The position numbers and the translations under genes were made by a program. This document shows positions 12,561-21,841 of a DNA stretch of 21,841 nucleotides, one piece after another (position 1 is the stretch's first letter; each line of letters starts with the position of its first letter). Source of the DNA: Ginkgo biloba (taxonomy: Eukaryota; Plantae; Ginkgophyta); assembly GCA_024626585.2 (NCBI GenBank), contig JANKJI020000002.1:149126070-149147910 (forward strand), given 5' to 3'. The notes beneath the pieces are model-generated. The model searched no databases. It had not been told where the DNA came from and was given only the letters and a program-made list of their open reading frames with translations.

Positions 12561-13431
12561 CTCAACATTTACATCATTAGAGAAAAGTTGATCCCTTTTC
12601 TCATCTTTGACTTTTTCTTACCTTTTATTTTTAGGAACTTACCTTGTGTATCCTTCACGGTTGACAAGTAATAATTAGGAAGTGGTTTTATTGGCCCATA
12701 AGTCATTTGATGTTATGCCTCATCAAACTAGAATATTTTATATTCCACTTATTTATCATCACCAATATTAATGACCATATTGATAGGTTCTATAGGCTCC
12801 TCAAGCACTTTTATTAAAAAGAGGGTGATCATCATGCTTCATAATGCCTCTGACTAGATTTTAATTATTATTACTCTAATAATATTTATTCTAATATTTA
12901 AATTTAAATTATTATAATATTTAAGTTACTTAATTCTATAAAATTCAGTAGATTNNNNNNNNNNNNNNNNNNNNNNNNNNNNNNNNNNNNNNNNNNNNNN
13001 NNNNNNNNNNNNNNNNNNNNNNNNNNNNNNNNNNNNNNNNNNNNNNNNNNNNNNAAATGGTAGACCAATTCTACTAGGTTTTGTGTTTGTGTTCTTATTC
13101 TTGAATGTTAGATAAATTTTAGCATTCTCTTTCTATAATTATGAATGTTCAAATATAGATTCACACACATGATACATCATAACTCGGTGATAATAGTGGT
13201 AGATATAAGTAAAAAATAATAAATGTATTGTAAACCCTTTGATTGGGTAGTTAAATATACATACTAGAGAGAGTGTGATCATTAATTAAAAGGTTTTATA
13301 TAGCATGAGGAAATATTCTTTTTGTCTATGGATCAAGATGATGATGTAGAAAATAAACAACATGAATAAACAAAATTTTCTTTCATTGGTGCAAAAATAT
13401 ATTTGGTTCAAAAGTCAAATGATGATATCAG

Positions 13432-13462
13432 AGGAGATTGTCTATACAATAGACAATCTCCT
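13432..13462. repeat. Perfect inverted repeat: 14-bp arms, 3-nt loop
   Basis: AGGAGATTGTCTAT-ACA-ATAGACAATCTCCT; the arms are exact reverse complements. Confidence 0.9.
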
Positions 13463-14160
13463 ATTTTAATGTAAGTTCTTAATTTTAACAATAATAGAAG
13501 AGCAATAGTTTTGGCCTCTATTATCTTCACAAAAATTCTTGGGGATTCACATTAAATATAATAGTGATTATCCTAGTGTTAGTAGTTGCATGACATGGGG
13601 ATTTTTTTTTTTAAGCAACCACCTCAATCCCTCTATCAATCTATTTTTATTTCTCATACTAATGATTTGCAGCATACGTGCACTCGAAGAAGCATCTAAT
13701 GATTGAGTTTCATTGATAAAAAAAATTAAATGTAATTTTATTCATCTTCTCCATACCTTTGTCTTATCACTTGGATAAGGTGTAGTGTAGATCATTGAAA
13801 AAAAATGTAATAATGAATACTGATATGCCAAATGCCAAGAATAGTCATCACATAGAATGATCTGCTAGACTAGTTATAGAGTGCCACTATCATGGGATAT
13901 AGTTTAATTTCAAATGAAGGTTACCATTATAGGAGTACCAAGAACCACCATCATTGAATAAAACTTATTTTTGGAGGTAGAGAATTCAATGGTAGAGTTC
14001 CATTCATCATTGGATATGCAAGAGTTTATTATGAAAGATAAATAGTATGGTGAATGATTCTATTTAGAGGAGATGAAAAAGGAGTCATTGATAGCCATAT
14101 GACGATCTTGGTTTTATGAGGATCAATATTGATAATATTTTAAAACTTTTAATTTTTTTA

Positions 14161-14300
14161 CCCTATCGATTTCTCCCAAATTAACAAAAAAGTTTCTCTT
14201 ATCAGTTTCTTCCAAACCGACAAGCTAGTTTCTCCCAATCAATTTCTTCCAAACTAAAAATATGGTTTCTTCTTATCAGTTTCTTCTAAATTGATAAACT
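14161..14300. repeat. Degenerate ~37-bp tandem repeat, about 3.8 copies
   Basis: Units start at 14191 (agtttctcttatcagtttcttccaaaccgacaagct), 14227 (agtttctcccaatcaatttcttccaaactaaaaatat) and 14264 (ggtttcttcttatcagtttcttctaaattgataaact), with a partial unit at 14161. Confidence 0.75.
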
Positions 14301-14673
14301 CTTCCAAAATATTAGCAATGATATAACTCAACACCAATATATCAAAATAAACACTATATTTAAAGGATTTCTATGTCATGGGATTGACTCTTATGGTGAT
14401 GTGGGTTGTGGTGAACAATAATTTACCTCTAGAGTCATCAAGGAAACCTAAAGATTTCATGGTGGACCAATTCCTAGTATAAGTGTGTCTTCCCATATCA
14501 ATAATATATAACACTTTTATGGACTAATGTTTTAACCCTCCCAGTAGTATTGGAGTTATTATTTTTAGGAGAGTATCGAATGGTTATACCAAAGAGTTTC
14601 TTTGTGATAAAGATAATCTTGGTGCCTAGATATTATCAAAGACAAGTGAAGTTTAACTATTCAAATTTGAGTA

Positions 14674-14767
14674 TTTTTTTCTAAGAAATTAAGTATTTTT
14701 GGTTGGATCTAACTAACTATCAGATAACATTATTAAATGGTAGAAGAAAAATGACTAGAGTAAGAGT
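14674..14767 (+). repeat. Direct repeat, copy 1 (copy 2 at 16075-16166)
   Basis: Manual alignment with 16075-16166 shows about 6 substitutions and one 2-bp indel over 94 bp. Confidence 0.9.
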
Positions 14768-15974
14768 GAGGTCTCCACCTCCGCTCCTAAAAACTACCAC
14801 CCCTCTGTATTCACAGATCATGTCCAAGGGAGGCAAGCAGCCTACCACCTTAGACCAATTTTTTGAATCCCAAGGCAAAAGACTCAGAGGCAACATCTCA
14901 TTGAAAAATGATTTCAAGCTTCTAGGAGATGAAACCTTGTCCAACTAGGAGGGAATGGAAGTTGAAAACTCACCCCACTCCCACTGATTAGTTGTCTAAG
15001 TTGGAACGTAAGAGGTCTTCCAANNNNNNNNNNNNNNNNNNNNNATTTAGAAAGTTCTCTATTAAAAAGGTGATTTTTGACTTCAAGAAGCTCAATGTGC
15101 TTTGCCTCCAAGAGGTCAAATTGTTGGATTTAAGCTCAAGACCACACTCCAAGCTATTTGGCCTAGGCTTGTTCTTTTATCGTCTCATCATCAAGAACGG
15201 AAATGCGGGTCTCCATCCTGCTCTCCCCCTCCTTGGAAAACAAAATAATAGAGTGGGGCCTCAACCCCATTGGAAAGGTGGCCTGGGTTTTGCTCAATAT
15301 TGACAATAAGATCCTTGGAATAGCCAATATTTACGTGCCCAACCTGGCTCTGGAACATGCCCAAGTAGGGCAATGGCTCGATGGCAATCTGTCGCCAACT
15401 TCCTGGATCCTCTACGGGGACTTCAACATGATTGAGTATCAAGAAGACAAGTTGGGGGGTCAACCTCTTAAATGGGTTGCAAAGGAAAAAATTGCTTGGC
15501 AAGGCCTCAAAGGACAGCTAGGGCTTTTACGACCCCAACAGGTTCCAAAAAAACCCATCCCATGAACCCTAGATTACGTGGTCCAATTTTAGGTTTAAGC
15601 ATGACAAAATTCTTAAAAGACTCGATAGAGTCATGCTCTCAAGGGACCATTTATTTAGAATCCACGACAACTCCAACAGGCTGGTTAAAGTCCTTAGCCA
15701 TGCCTCTCTTTTGGNNNNNNNNNNNNNNNNNNNNNNNNNNNNCGCATGGGGGGAGAGCAAGATGCCAAGGAAGAGCTCCTCTATCAAAATGAACGTCTCT
15801 CATCTGTAGCTCCCCAACTGTCTCATAGTTATTAAGCTCATTTTCCACTTGCAACCCAACCCGTAGGGGGGATAGTGGATGGATCGATTGGTAGAACCAG
15901 GTTATCATTAGAGTCACTTCTTAAATTCAAGGATATGGCAAACAAGTTGCTCCATCCTGATGTGCCATTGTTGT
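14768..15974 (+). mobile_element. Younger, GC-richer L1-clade LINE fragment (probable end of ORF1 plus ORF2 endonuclease), running into a gap
   Basis: Composition shifts sharply at 14768, CpGs are retained, and the segment contains a near-complete APE domain. Confidence 0.9.
14984..15974 (+). pseudogene. LINE ORF2 APE endonuclease and start of linker, frameshifted
   Basis: LISCLSWNVRGLP (14984-15022), VLCLQEVK, IANIYVPN, WILYGDFNMIEYQEDKLGG, ITWSN...LKRLDRV and IKMNVSHL, spread over several frames (ORF track 14992 and 15203). Confidence 0.93.
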
Positions 15975-16074
15975 NNNNNNNNNNNNNNNNNNNNNNNNNN
16001 NNNNNNNNNNNNNNNNNNNNNNNNNNNNNNNNNNNNNNNNNNNNNNNNNNNNNNNNNNNNNNNNNNNNNNNNNN

Positions 16075-16166
16075 TTTTTTTCTAAGAAATTAAGTATTCT
16101 TGGTTGGATCTAATTAACTATCAGATAACATTATGAAATGGTGTAAGGAAAATGACTAGAAAGAGT
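16075..16166 (+). repeat. Direct repeat, copy 2 (copy 1 at 14674-14767)
   Basis: See copy 1; this copy begins immediately after the 15975-16074 gap. Confidence 0.9.
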
Positions 16167-18059
16167 ATAACTAGATATAGAAAATCTTTTTCACATGAGT
16201 ATGGGAAAAATATTTTACGAAATTATAGATAAGGGAAAATGATATTGACACCAACGTTGATATTATAATAATGAAAAAATAAGACCAACACCGACATTAT
16301 TGATATTAACATTGAAGAATATAGATATGGACAATAAATTGAGTTATTGTTAAATTATAAAAATGATGTATTTCTAAAATTTTGTCAACTAAGGATGCAT
16401 TTTTTTCTATCAAGATAGTTTCAATTTTAAGGAGTTGTATCTTCCATAGTTTATAAATATCCTAACAATGATTCAGAGTCTAGCACTAATGATTTTATNN
16501 NNNNNNNNNNNNNNNNNNNNNNNNNNNNNNNNNNNNNNNNNNNNNNNNNNNNNNNNNNNNNAATGCTTTGTAGGTGCATTTTCGTATTAGTTTTGACAGC
16601 TTGTCAATTTGTACATTTTTAGTCATATTGTACATTATTAGTCATTAGGTTATAGTCTTATATAGTTCCATGGAATATGGAAAACAGTTATCAAGCAGGA
16701 TGGCCAACTACTTGATAATTATATTTTAAAGATTAGTTACAGAGGATAAGTGACAACACTAGTTATAAGGACCTAACAGTTATATTTATTTTGTATGACT
16801 AAGAACTTGATTACAACCACAATAGAGGAAATTATAAAAATGATAAGAAAAAATCATTTTAGAGATACATAACTTTAGATTGACAAAAAAACACCCTTGG
16901 AGTTTTTTAACCCTAGTTCATTTTCGTGATAGGTTTTTTATTCAAGGATAAAAATAACAACCTCATTATTATATAAATAGGTAAAAGTGACAACTCACCC
17001 ACTAATTGCAGAGCTTAAAGGATCATCTAGATTATGAATTGAAAAAATAATTTGTCAGATAATTGGTTGAAGTAGTAGGAAAACAGGGTGCCTCCTCCTT
17101 TGAAATGGGATTGCAATAGGAAGTAGAGAGAAAAATGGGTGTTACCTCCTTCATGGGAATTATGCATTAATAATAAAATGGTCGATGAAATGGATGCATG
17201 GAAATGGTGGTTATTTTCACAACAAACCCTATATCTAGTGTGGTGATTATAGGACTAGTGACTACTGTGGTTGGTAACCTAAGAATACTAATAGATAGAA
17301 TCTAAACCATAGGGATGTTCCTAACTTTAGTGAAGTTATATATCAAGGATGGTTACCCAAGANNNNNNNNNNNNNNNNNNNNNNNNNNNNNNNNNNNNNN
17401 NNNNNNNNNNNNNNNNNNNNNNNNNNNNNNNNNNNNNNNNNNNNNNNNNNNNNNNNNNNNNNTATCTGACATCAAAACCATCTCTATCAATGATGTTGGC
17501 CACCTGGCCCTAAGGGTGTTGGATTCCCTTGCATCAACCTCCCAAACTTCATTGATCCACTGGCCAAAAATAAGTTTAGACTAAGGTCTCTATATAAAGT
17601 ACCTAATAAGGGTAGTGGAGGAAAAATAATATGTCATAACATGAACCTTATTAGGGTCTAAAGAAATAACAGGTGGAGAAGGAGTACTAGACTCACTTTG
17701 TGGTACACTTTTATGACAAACTTGTGATCTCTCTTAGGTTCCATCCTTCTCTAGTTATAACCTATTCTGAGATATAGTGGGTATGAAAACTTGATCACTA
17801 ACCTATGTCAAGATGAATGTCTTTGCAGTGGCCATGGATAAGTATTTAAATCCTATTAAATCTAATAACTATGGTGACATGTATATTAATTTCTCTTCTA
17901 TGAAGAAATCTTCCTTCTATTTGAAGTAGAGGATTTTTTTTCATCCTTCCTCCAAAATTATATACATAAAACTATTTAATATATTACCTATTATCATAGC
18001 CTCCTCATAAGATTAGACCCCATAAAACCATATGCTAACACCCTCCTAGTTGAGATGGC

Positions 18060-18600
18060 ACATCACTTGATAAGATTATTTTATATTATTCGAGTTATTC
18101 ATATCACATCAATAAAATTATCTCTGTCTTTATATTTAATATTATACCTCATCTCTATGTCAAAATACTACATGTTGAGGAAGAAATATATATCATCTAT
18201 AGGTTATAGTCATAGTGGAATCTTATTCTTAACTTAATTAAACCAGATATTGAAATCCTTGATAGACTCTTTCTCATATTTATTGATACTAGTTAATTAT
18301 TTCAGTAAATCATAATTGTTGATTGGAATGTTGAACTTACTCTTGAATTAAGCATCTAAGCTAGACTAATCTATGATAGATTGGGTGGGTAGAGAATTGA
18401 ACCAAAATAGTATTTCACCTTTTAGTATTTGAATAAATAGCCTTAAATCTATATTTTCTTATGTTGCTATGAATATGGTACATTCTTTATAATATTCAAC
18501 TAAGTGTTCTTATAGAGTGACTGAACTATCTCCTCAAATATTATTTTGGAAGATAATCTTTAGCTCCATCTAGTAAGGCATATAAATTCACTCCTGTTAA
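18060..18600 (-). pseudogene. Retrotransposon gag core (Retrotrans_gag-like), gypsy type
   Basis: DYLPK../GDSSVTL*EHL...ENIDLRLFIQILKGEILFWFNSLPTQSIID*SSLDA*FKSKF...LTSINKYEKESIKDFNIWFN*VKNKIP matches the RLF..SL.G.A..WF..LP..SI..W..L...F and E.V..FN.RF gag patterns. Confidence 0.87.
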
Positions 18601-18660
18601 GCATAGCGTGTGCCTAATGGGTGTATAGAGGTTCCTTCCTTATAATTATTCATACATGGA

Positions 18661-19234
18661 TATTAGATCATACACATTAGAGTTATTCACATCCAGATAT
18701 ATCAATCACAACCATTCGATCTGTACACGTTTGTGTGGAAAACCATCCAAGACATTCTATTACATATCAANNNNNNNNNNNNNNNNNNNNNNNNNNNNNN
18801 NNNNNNNNNNNNNNNNNNNNNNNNNNNNNNNNNNNNNNNNNNNNNNNNNNNNNNNNNNNNNNNNNNNNNNGGAAAACCATCCAGGACATTCTATTACATA
18901 TCAAGTATAATACATCAGAATATATCAAGTACATCACATACATCTCCCTTATCTTAAGCTTAGCCCTAGCTTCCTATAATGTCTCTATATACAAGGTGCA
19001 GACAATTATCTAACCGTAACAGAAGTTACAACCGACACACAGGTCAATGAGATTTGACACAAGTACTGATCAACATCAGTGAATTATATATACCTCTACC
19101 ACTGACATGAGCTGGAAAATTCAACTCATGNNNNNNNNNNNNNNNNNNNNNNNNNNNNNNNNNNNNNNNNNNNNNNNNNNNNNNNNNNNNNNNNNNNNNN
19201 NNNNNNNNNNNNNNNNNNNNNNNNNNNNNNNNNN
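18661..19234 (-). mobile_element. Probable solo LTR (or collapsed LTR element) with 5-bp target-site duplication ATGGA
   Basis: ATGGA occurs at 18656-18660 and at 19235-19239, the first bases after the gap. The insert starts TATTAG (decayed TGTTAG), has a minus-strand TATA-like TATATAG (~18984-18990), and keeps more CpG than its flanks. The other terminus lies in the gap. Confidence 0.6.
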
Positions 19235-20402
19235 ATGGAGCAATAATGAGCTAGAGAGTGGCCACTAAAATAATACGAGTTTTAAAGATTAGAATTTGAT
19301 TAATGGGGATGTTTTTATTAGAGCTTAGAGACCCTTAGGAATTGGAGGAATATATAGGAAGTGACTATGATATTAATAGACTAGGGGAGGTAGGAGTAAC
19401 TAGAGTTATAGGAGGAGATATAGGAATAAAGACTTAAAGATTGGGTGTTACACATTCCACTAACACTTATTTAGGAGAAATAGAATGTCCATATATACCT
19501 TGGGATCTATTCATCCTCGTGTATGTATTTCTTGGTTGGGATAGATTGAATGATCATATATGAATAAGATTAATCATTGGTTGTACCCTAGTATGGTTGT
19601 TAGTTCTATTGACATGATTGTGTTTACTACTAATGATGAATAATCAAAATTGTACATACTAAGGTAGAATCATAAAGGCAATAATAAAAGGGAAGATACA
19701 TTTCCTCCACTATGATGGGGAAGTTCCCTTGTTCTTAAAAATAAGAAATTTATTTTAAATGAGGTGGTATTTACATTGAATATTTATAAATAAAAGTACA
19801 ATAATATCATTATTTTATAATTTTGTAAGAAAAAAATGAGGATGGTAGTAGGAGAATAATAGATGAAAAAAGAACTAGAAACAACAATTAACACAAGTTC
19901 CAATGAATCCCTAATGACAACATCACCAATCTTCTAGGTCCAGTAGCATGTGAAGGATCATAACCCATTAACAAGTATAAATAATTATCTATGATGAACA
20001 CNNNNNNNNNNNNNNNNNNNNNNNNNNNNNNNNNNNNNNNNNNNNNNNNNNATTTTTTTGGGTAATTATTATCTTATGGGAGTATTTAAATGCACTATTC
20101 AATAGTTATAGCAACTACATAACTGATCTGCTCATGTAAGATAACATATTAGAATTTGCCTAATTTTAAAATTAAACAACAATACTACATAAGCATGTAA
20201 AGTGAAGTAGTATTTCAATTAATAAGAGACACACACTTCAATAATGTGCTACAACATCACAAAGATAAAAATACTAAAAGGTATATCCTTATTAAGCAAA
20301 ATNNNNNNNNNNNNNNNNNNNNNNNNNNNNNNNNNNNNNNNNNNNNNNNNNNNNNNNNNNNNNNNNNNNNNNNNNNNNNNNNNNNNNNNNNNNNNNNNNN
20401 NN

Positions 20403-21540
20403 TAATATCATATTTTTGTTGGAAGTATTTGAGGTACTACAAATAATTGATCACCTAATGAACTTAGTGACATCCATTAGCATGCATAGCTAATACACAT
20501 ACCTTTATAAATTAGCAAGTGTATTTCTGAATCTAAAGTATACTCCCTATCAAGAACACACATATTGTCATTATAGTATAATAAACCCTCTTGTAAATAA
20601 TAGTTTGTCTGTCACTCCCCTTATTGTAATGATACCATAATTAGATGAAAATATTTGTCAGTCTCATATTGATAAACAAACTCCTCCAAAGGAAAAGTTT
20701 ATAGCTTCATCACCACTATTAAGGTATTCTCTTTAGGAGGTATCAATAACATATCATCAATCTTATTGGTTTTCCCCTTATTATACCTAATGGTTAGATT
20801 AAACTATTATAGGTTTGGCATCCACTTGCATGCCTTAATTATTGCAACTTTTAATGTGTTTGAAATAATTAAAGAAACTCATGGTTAGTGTGTATTAATA
20901 TCTCAATTAGAATATAATCTCTATAATTCTTAACTACATGATGTATAGAAAATATATCCTCATCATATGTTAAATAGTTCATAATAGGTCCTGATAAAGT
21001 TTTGAAATGGTATATAATTGATATTTGTTCTTATAGTAGGATAACTTCCAGTTATAACTTGATGCATCTAATTCAATATTGAATGGATTATATAGATATA
21101 GAAGGCCCAATACTAGTTCTTCATAAACATTCTAATTTAAGGTGTTGAATTCCTAATCTTAGAATTTGGTATACACAAACCTTATTTTTCCTTTCATTAA
21201 TGCATGCAATATCACTATGATGTTAAAAATATGAGGAATAAACTTGCGAACGTATTAATAAGTTCCCAAAAAACTCCTTTCCTTAGTCACATTCATTAAT
21301 CTTGGGTAGTTAATGATTTTTTGGATTTTTGTGGGGTATATATTTAGTTGATCACCTCCCACCATGAATCATAGGTACAATGACATCTATTAAGAATAAT
21401 TACAATTCTTCATATTTAGTTTTAACTTGTTCTATTAGAGATTCTTAATCACCTACATTAAATGATAAACATGGTCCTCCCATATCTTATTGTAGATGAG
21501 CATGTAATCAAGGTACATAATGATAAAGAGATAAATATAA
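20403..21540 (-). pseudogene. Ty3/gypsy (chromovirus-like) pol remnant: RT C-terminal half, RNase H and start of integrase
   Basis: LFIIMYLDYMLIY (YLDD reads YLDY, 21504-21515), WEDHVYHL, RSFLG (21264-21278), VRKFIP, PFNIELDASSY (~21054-21086), NYLTYDEDIF, IHTNHE, RYNKGKTNKIDDML, YLQEGLLY and TLANL*RYVY*...DVTKFIR*SIICSTS. Confidence 0.94.
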
Positions 21541-21841
21541 TGATGTGAGGACAAAGGATAATCGATGAATGGATCCCTTTGAATATGTGGATAGAATAAT
21601 TATAAATATATTTGGCCTCATAATAATATTAATGAATGAAGAGACAAAGAGGCACTAAATAATATTTATAAATAAACATAAATTCAATTAAGAAAAATCC
21701 CAAGATTCTCTTCTTGGTTTTTTAACTCTCCTCATACATGCATGAGAAAACTCTATATTAGTGAGAATTCTCTCACTTATAATTATTTATAGACTTTCTA
21801 AGTCCCAACTTAGAAAACCCTAAATCTAATTAAGGAATATT
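21541..21841 (-). mobile_element. Probable LTR (3' end on minus strand, ...CCTCACATCA) inserted into the gypsy RT; continues beyond the window
   Basis: RT homology stops where TGATGTGAGG begins (21541). A minus-strand CTATAAATA TATA box lies at ~21785-21793, a telo-box AAACCCTAA at ~21815, and no PBS abuts the CA end. Confidence 0.55.

Larger units (their letters stand above)
17050..19930 (-). mobile_element. 5' part of a Ty3/gypsy (Tat/Athila-like) element: leader, Pro-rich gag N-terminus, gag core, possible zinc knuckle; interrupted at 18661-19234; boundaries approximate
   Basis: Gag core at 18060-18600, CCT-rich minus-strand segment at 19330-19440, RYRVCCENNHHFH at ~17195-17235, and a possible decayed PBS at 19908-19928. 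Confidence 0.6.

Noticed and set aside
13055-14100. Possible host-gene exon or transposase fragment
   Set aside because: No open frame or protein motif was recognisable by eye; a frameshift-aware profile search would be needed.
14161-14300. CRISPR-like array
   Set aside because: The units are contiguous and degenerate with no unique spacers, there are no cas genes, and the context is eukaryotic transposon DNA.

Overview
This AT-rich, CpG-depleted eukaryotic window comes from a fragmented draft scaffold with 14 N-gaps. It contains no intact gene, RNA gene or CRISPR array and reads as a graveyard of nested retrotransposons. From left to right it holds: an LTR end with a tRNA-iMet-type primer binding site (PBS); the 5' half of a decayed L1-type LINE; two more LINE scraps; a Tat/Athila-like Ty3/gypsy RNaseH-integrase; a Ty1/copia RT-RNaseH; a younger LINE endonuclease fragment bracketed by a ~93-bp direct repeat; a Ty3/gypsy gag with a probable solo LTR (ATGGA target-site duplication) inserted just upstream of its core; and a chromovirus-like Ty3/gypsy RT-RNaseH-integrase cut by another LTR. 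The element types and decay pattern suggest a large, heavily methylated plant genome, probably a gymnosperm (inference). All protein calls come from manual translation through stops and frameshifts and from motif recognition, not database searches. I found no convincing novel biological system. The most interesting signals are the nesting architecture, the duplication around the young LINE and the C-to-T decay pattern.
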